The notes beneath the pieces are model-generated. The model was not told the origin of the DNA and did not search any database. It saw nothing but the letters and a program-made list of their open reading frames with translations. Below are positions 60,324 to 64,000 of a DNA stretch of 64,000 nt, piece by piece (within the stretch, counting starts at the first letter, position 1; each line of letters opens with the position of its first letter). The DNA is from Dendrobates tinctorius. Its lineage: Eukaryota. The stretch is taken from positions 8,122,001-8,186,000 of the forward strand of contig NW_027361693.1 of the NCBI RefSeq assembly GCF_039654945.1. The letters run 5' to 3'. A program made the translations under genes and the position numbers.

Positions 60324-61894
60324 GAATTTGGCAGCCCCCAAGGTAATTCTGTAATAGTGGTTCCCCCTCCGGATGGTCCAATGGCCAACACACAATTACA
60401 ACTTCCCAATGGGAAGCAATTGAAATGTTTAATTGATACGGGGGCAAGCCGTACTATTATAAGAAAACAAGACATGCCACAACAATTTATGACAGGAAAA
60501 ACGGTACAGGGATTAGGAGCAGGAGGAAGAAGTTCATCCCTTGTATGAAACAGAACCCATGAATGTGCGAATAGCTCAGACTACTGACTTATGTGCCCAA
60601 TTGTTAGTTTCAGAGAAATGTCCACTGAATTTGATAAGGGCTGATATTTTGAGTACTGTCAATGCAATCATTAAATTTGGGAAAAAGGGGATTACTGTTT
60701 CAGGCCCTTTATCGGAAGAAGCCCTATATACCGTGATGTCCATAATGCAGTTAGAAGAACAGGAAAAACAACAGGTTAAGCAAGATGAGGACATACTGCA
60801 AATGCTCAAGCAGATACCAGCTGCACTATGGGTAAAAGATAAAACAGATGTTGGTTTGTTGAAAATAACACCTGTTTCTATTAAGTTGAAACCAGGAGCT
60901 GTACCAGTACGTATCCGACAATATCCATTGAGTAAAGAAGAAAACTGAGGCTATTTCAACACCGGTATCCACCTATCTGAAAGCAGGTATACTAAAGGAG
61001 AAAAAATCCCTTTTTAATACAGCTCTTTTTCCGATAAAAAAGAAGCAGACTGTGGCAGGGCAACCTGCAGCGTACCGGATGGTACATGATTTAAGGGAAA
61101 TTAACAAACTAATGATAGTGGACACACCCATAGTGCCAAATACTCATACTTTGTTGAATCAGATTCCAAGTAATGCAAAATGTTTTACTGTCATTGACCT
61201 CAGCAATGCCTTTTTCTCGGTGAAGAGAGCCAACTGCTGTTTGCTTTTACACATGCTGGCAAACAGTATTGTTGGACACGGTTGCCTCAAGGGGGAGCTA
61301 CTTCCCCTTCTGTGTTCTCTGAAGCAATGGCTAGAATCCTTCTTTCCTGGCACCCTGAAAAGGAAGGTGTGCAGCTGTTACAGTACGTGGATAATTTACT
61401 TCTTTGCACCCCAGATAGACAGGTGTGTCTAAAGGAAACTGCTTCATTACTGATATTTTTGTATCATGAAGGATAAAAGGTGTCAAAGGACAAATTACAG
61501 GTAGCAAAAGAGAAAGTCATTTTTTTGGGACACTGCATTTCACCTCAATTGAAGCACATAACACCAAAAAGTAAAAAGGCCATAAGCCAAGCCATTGAGC
61601 CTACTTCAAATACTACACTTAGAACATTCTTGGGGTTGATTGGTTATTGCAGAGAATGGGTTCCTGCTGCATCACAAATGATGCAACCTCTCTTTGATGT
61701 ACTATCTGCATGCAATAAGGGGCAGCCATACCAGCTGACCCCGGGAACCAAAGAGGGGTTCAGAAACCTAAAGGAGGCCATTGTCTCTGCACCCGCCCTT
61801 GGAATTCCAAACTATGAATTGCCTTTCCGTTTGTACTGTCATGAATTGGGGGGGACATGCTAAAGGGGTGCTTACACAACAACATGGAGGGAAG
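60324..61894 (+). pseudogene. pol: ERV pro-pol (protease, RT, connection), frameshifted and interrupted
   Basis: In frame with gag after the TAG. LIDTGA, RT motifs, LRTFLGLIGYCREWVP and APALGIPNYELPFRLY. Confidence 0.9.
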
Positions 61895-64000
61895 TGGGTC
61901 GCCCTCCCAGGGCTGTGGGGTACTCGGTACCGGGCTGGTGTCGAGGGGATGTGTCACAGCAGCGGTGACCCGGTCCGTGGCCCTGGGCACCAAAGCAATG
62001 GGGGATATAGTTAATGGTAGAATAGTTCGTGATGCCACCCGTGGTGTTTGGCAAGTATGGTGTTAGGCCAACGCTGCATGCAGATCCGCTGGGACTGATG
62101 GTAGGGTGCAGCGAAGATGTAAAAGCTCCCCACAGGTGGAGCTGTAGTCCCAGGGCAGTGCAGATGAAACCAGCACGGGGATGTAGCAGTGCTGGAAGCA
62201 TAGGGAACAGACAAGACACAGCGGTTGCAGTTTCTGTACCTTTACTGAGTATAAGCAGTCCAGGGTCCTGATTACAGATGGTGTTGGAGCAGGTTAGCCT
62301 GGAAGCAGACAAGGATTCTCTCTCAGCAGAAGGGCTGTACAGTCTCCTTCCTAGCGCCTTGTGGTGTGAAGCTCCCCAGTAATTAGTTACTTTGGAATGC
62401 CTCTCTTCAGATGATCCTAGAACTGTACTTGTATGACAGACAGCTGTAGCCTCTCTCGGGGACTCCTCTCCTGAGTCCTGGCTCTCTATTCAATTGCTGT
62501 TGTGTTCCAAGTCTATGATGGGAGTAGGGCATTTACAGCCTCCTACTCCTCTGGTATCTGTGGCAGGATCATTAGTATCCATACCACCGTGGAGACCAGG
62601 CTCCAGTTCGTGCGCTCTCAAGCTGAGGGAGCTCGCCCTCTGCAGCTCAACCTCTCAGCTTCATTCCACACGTCTGCACACTTCACCCTCCGCAGACTAT
62701 CTGACCTTTCTTCCTCCTGGCCCTCAGAGGACACTCCTCTCCAGAATTCTGATTCAGAGTTCCCCCTGCTGGCCCGGAGTGGAACTGTGTTGCATGCATT
62801 AGGTTAACTGCTGGAGAGACCCATCACTGCTTCCAAGCCTGGCATTTACCCTCCCTTGGAGGGCAAAGCCAGTGTGGCGACCATACCCCTGGGGGCACCA
62901 AATTCCCCCCTAGTGAAAGTCAGCACTCCTGGGCTGAACAAGAAACATGAAAACAAAACATATATAACATATAAACAACAATAATTGTACAAGATTTGAA
63001 AAAGGTAAAAATGTACAAAAACCAAGTGTTCAATAATGGTCCTATGATGACAAGTCCATCATCAATGTCCATGGTCCATTCCTGGGCAAATGGTAAAAGT
63101 TTTTGACCACACACAAGTCCTGTGGTTCAGTGTCCATAAAACAAACTGGTAACTCAAAGGGAACTCTTACAGGTTACCTGTAGGCACAAAACTTGAAAAA
63201 CAGTTACATATTTACATTCAATTTCAATATTCACATTTACTGTACTATATGCGGAACCTAACTGGTAGTATTCCCTGTGTGGTGCGAGTGGATCTGCATA
63301 ACCCTAGTGTAGGCAAACTAGGTAGCATTCTCCTACCGACTCTTAGATTCATCAGGGGTATAACAGGTTCACCACTGGCAGGGCGAGGGTTCTCTGGCTC
63401 CACTGCTGGTGTGGCAACTGCTGCCTGATTTTCCTGATTCTCAGGATTTTCTTGAGTCCGTCTTCCGGTGCTACCACTTAGGGGAATAACAACACTGGCA
63501 CCACTATTGCATCATTAACTCTAGTCCAATTCGCAGGGAACTCTCCCAGCACTGTGCTGACATCTTCTTCCACGATGGGCTGGATGTTATCTGTTTCTTC
63601 TTTTCTTTCTTTCAACTGGTCAGGACACAACTTCAAATGATCTCTGGATACTGCTGAGGTCTCTCCTCCATCTTTACTAACAAGGCATACCTTAGTATTA
63701 TCAAAGTTCGAGGGCAGAATGGTATAAGGTTCAGCTTCCTACTGATCATCCAATTTGTGCAATCTTCTCTTTCTTTTCAAGACCTGCTCTCCAGGCAACA
63801 AAAGAGCGGCAGGTGCATTTTGATTGTAAAGCTTCTCCTGCTTCTGCCTTGCCTGGGCCAGACTCTTCTCCACACACTCTTGAACCCTCCTGTACTGTTG
63901 CTGCCTCTCCGTTTCCCAATCAGCATCTGGTGACGTCACTTCTGGGGTCAGGACTCCCATGTCAAAGTCCATAGGCAGCTTACCAGGTCTTGCTCTCATT
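61895..64000 (-). mobile_element. Second Ty3/Gypsy element: 3' LTR (61895-62900), PPT and integrase C-terminus
   Basis: TG..CA-bounded ~1-kb LTR with short inverted ends, TTCCCCCC (reverse PPT) at ~62903, and ORF 63739-63999 (ARQKQEKLYN...PGEQVL..KL..W...Y) typical of Gypsy integrase tails. Confidence 0.8.

Larger units (their letters stand above)
55348..61894 (+). mobile_element. Class I (epsilon/gamma-like) endogenous retrovirus, 5' half
   Basis: LTR, PBS, splice donor GG|GTAAGT (~55794), gag, protease (LIDTGA) and RT (YRMVHDLREIN, IDLSNAFFSV, LPQG, QYVDN). Confidence 0.93.

Overview
Repeat-saturated eukaryotic DNA, by inference an anuran (frog) genome, with no recognisable host exon. It is a deeply nested stack of transposons. 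There are four distinct Penelope-like elements (PLEs, Neptune-like), one of them apparently coding-intact (ORF1 3869-4654; RT plus GIY-YIG frame 4522-7047). Also present are CR1 and L2 LINE fragments, a V-SINE, Tc1, pogo, hAT, piggyBac-like and Harbinger-like DNA elements, a three-LTR non-autonomous Ty3/Gypsy, a solo LTR, a second Gypsy and a class I (epsilon-like) endogenous retrovirus. Three signals stand out. (1) All four PLEs have an upstream ORF1 overlapping the RT frame in the -1 phase, with a slippery heptamer at the overlap. This suggests gag-pol-like programmed -1 ribosomal frameshifting. (2) About 15 type I hammerhead ribozyme (HHR) motifs occur, including an A3-U8 covariant core, a helix-II-less form and a 353-bp tandem 'retrozyme'. 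The retrozyme is inserted with a 15-bp target site duplication (TSD) inside a Gypsy element. (3) A cluster of small unexplained ORFs lies in the retroviral leader. All calls are from reading the sequence by eye; no database search or folding was run, and the ends of degraded repeats are approximate.
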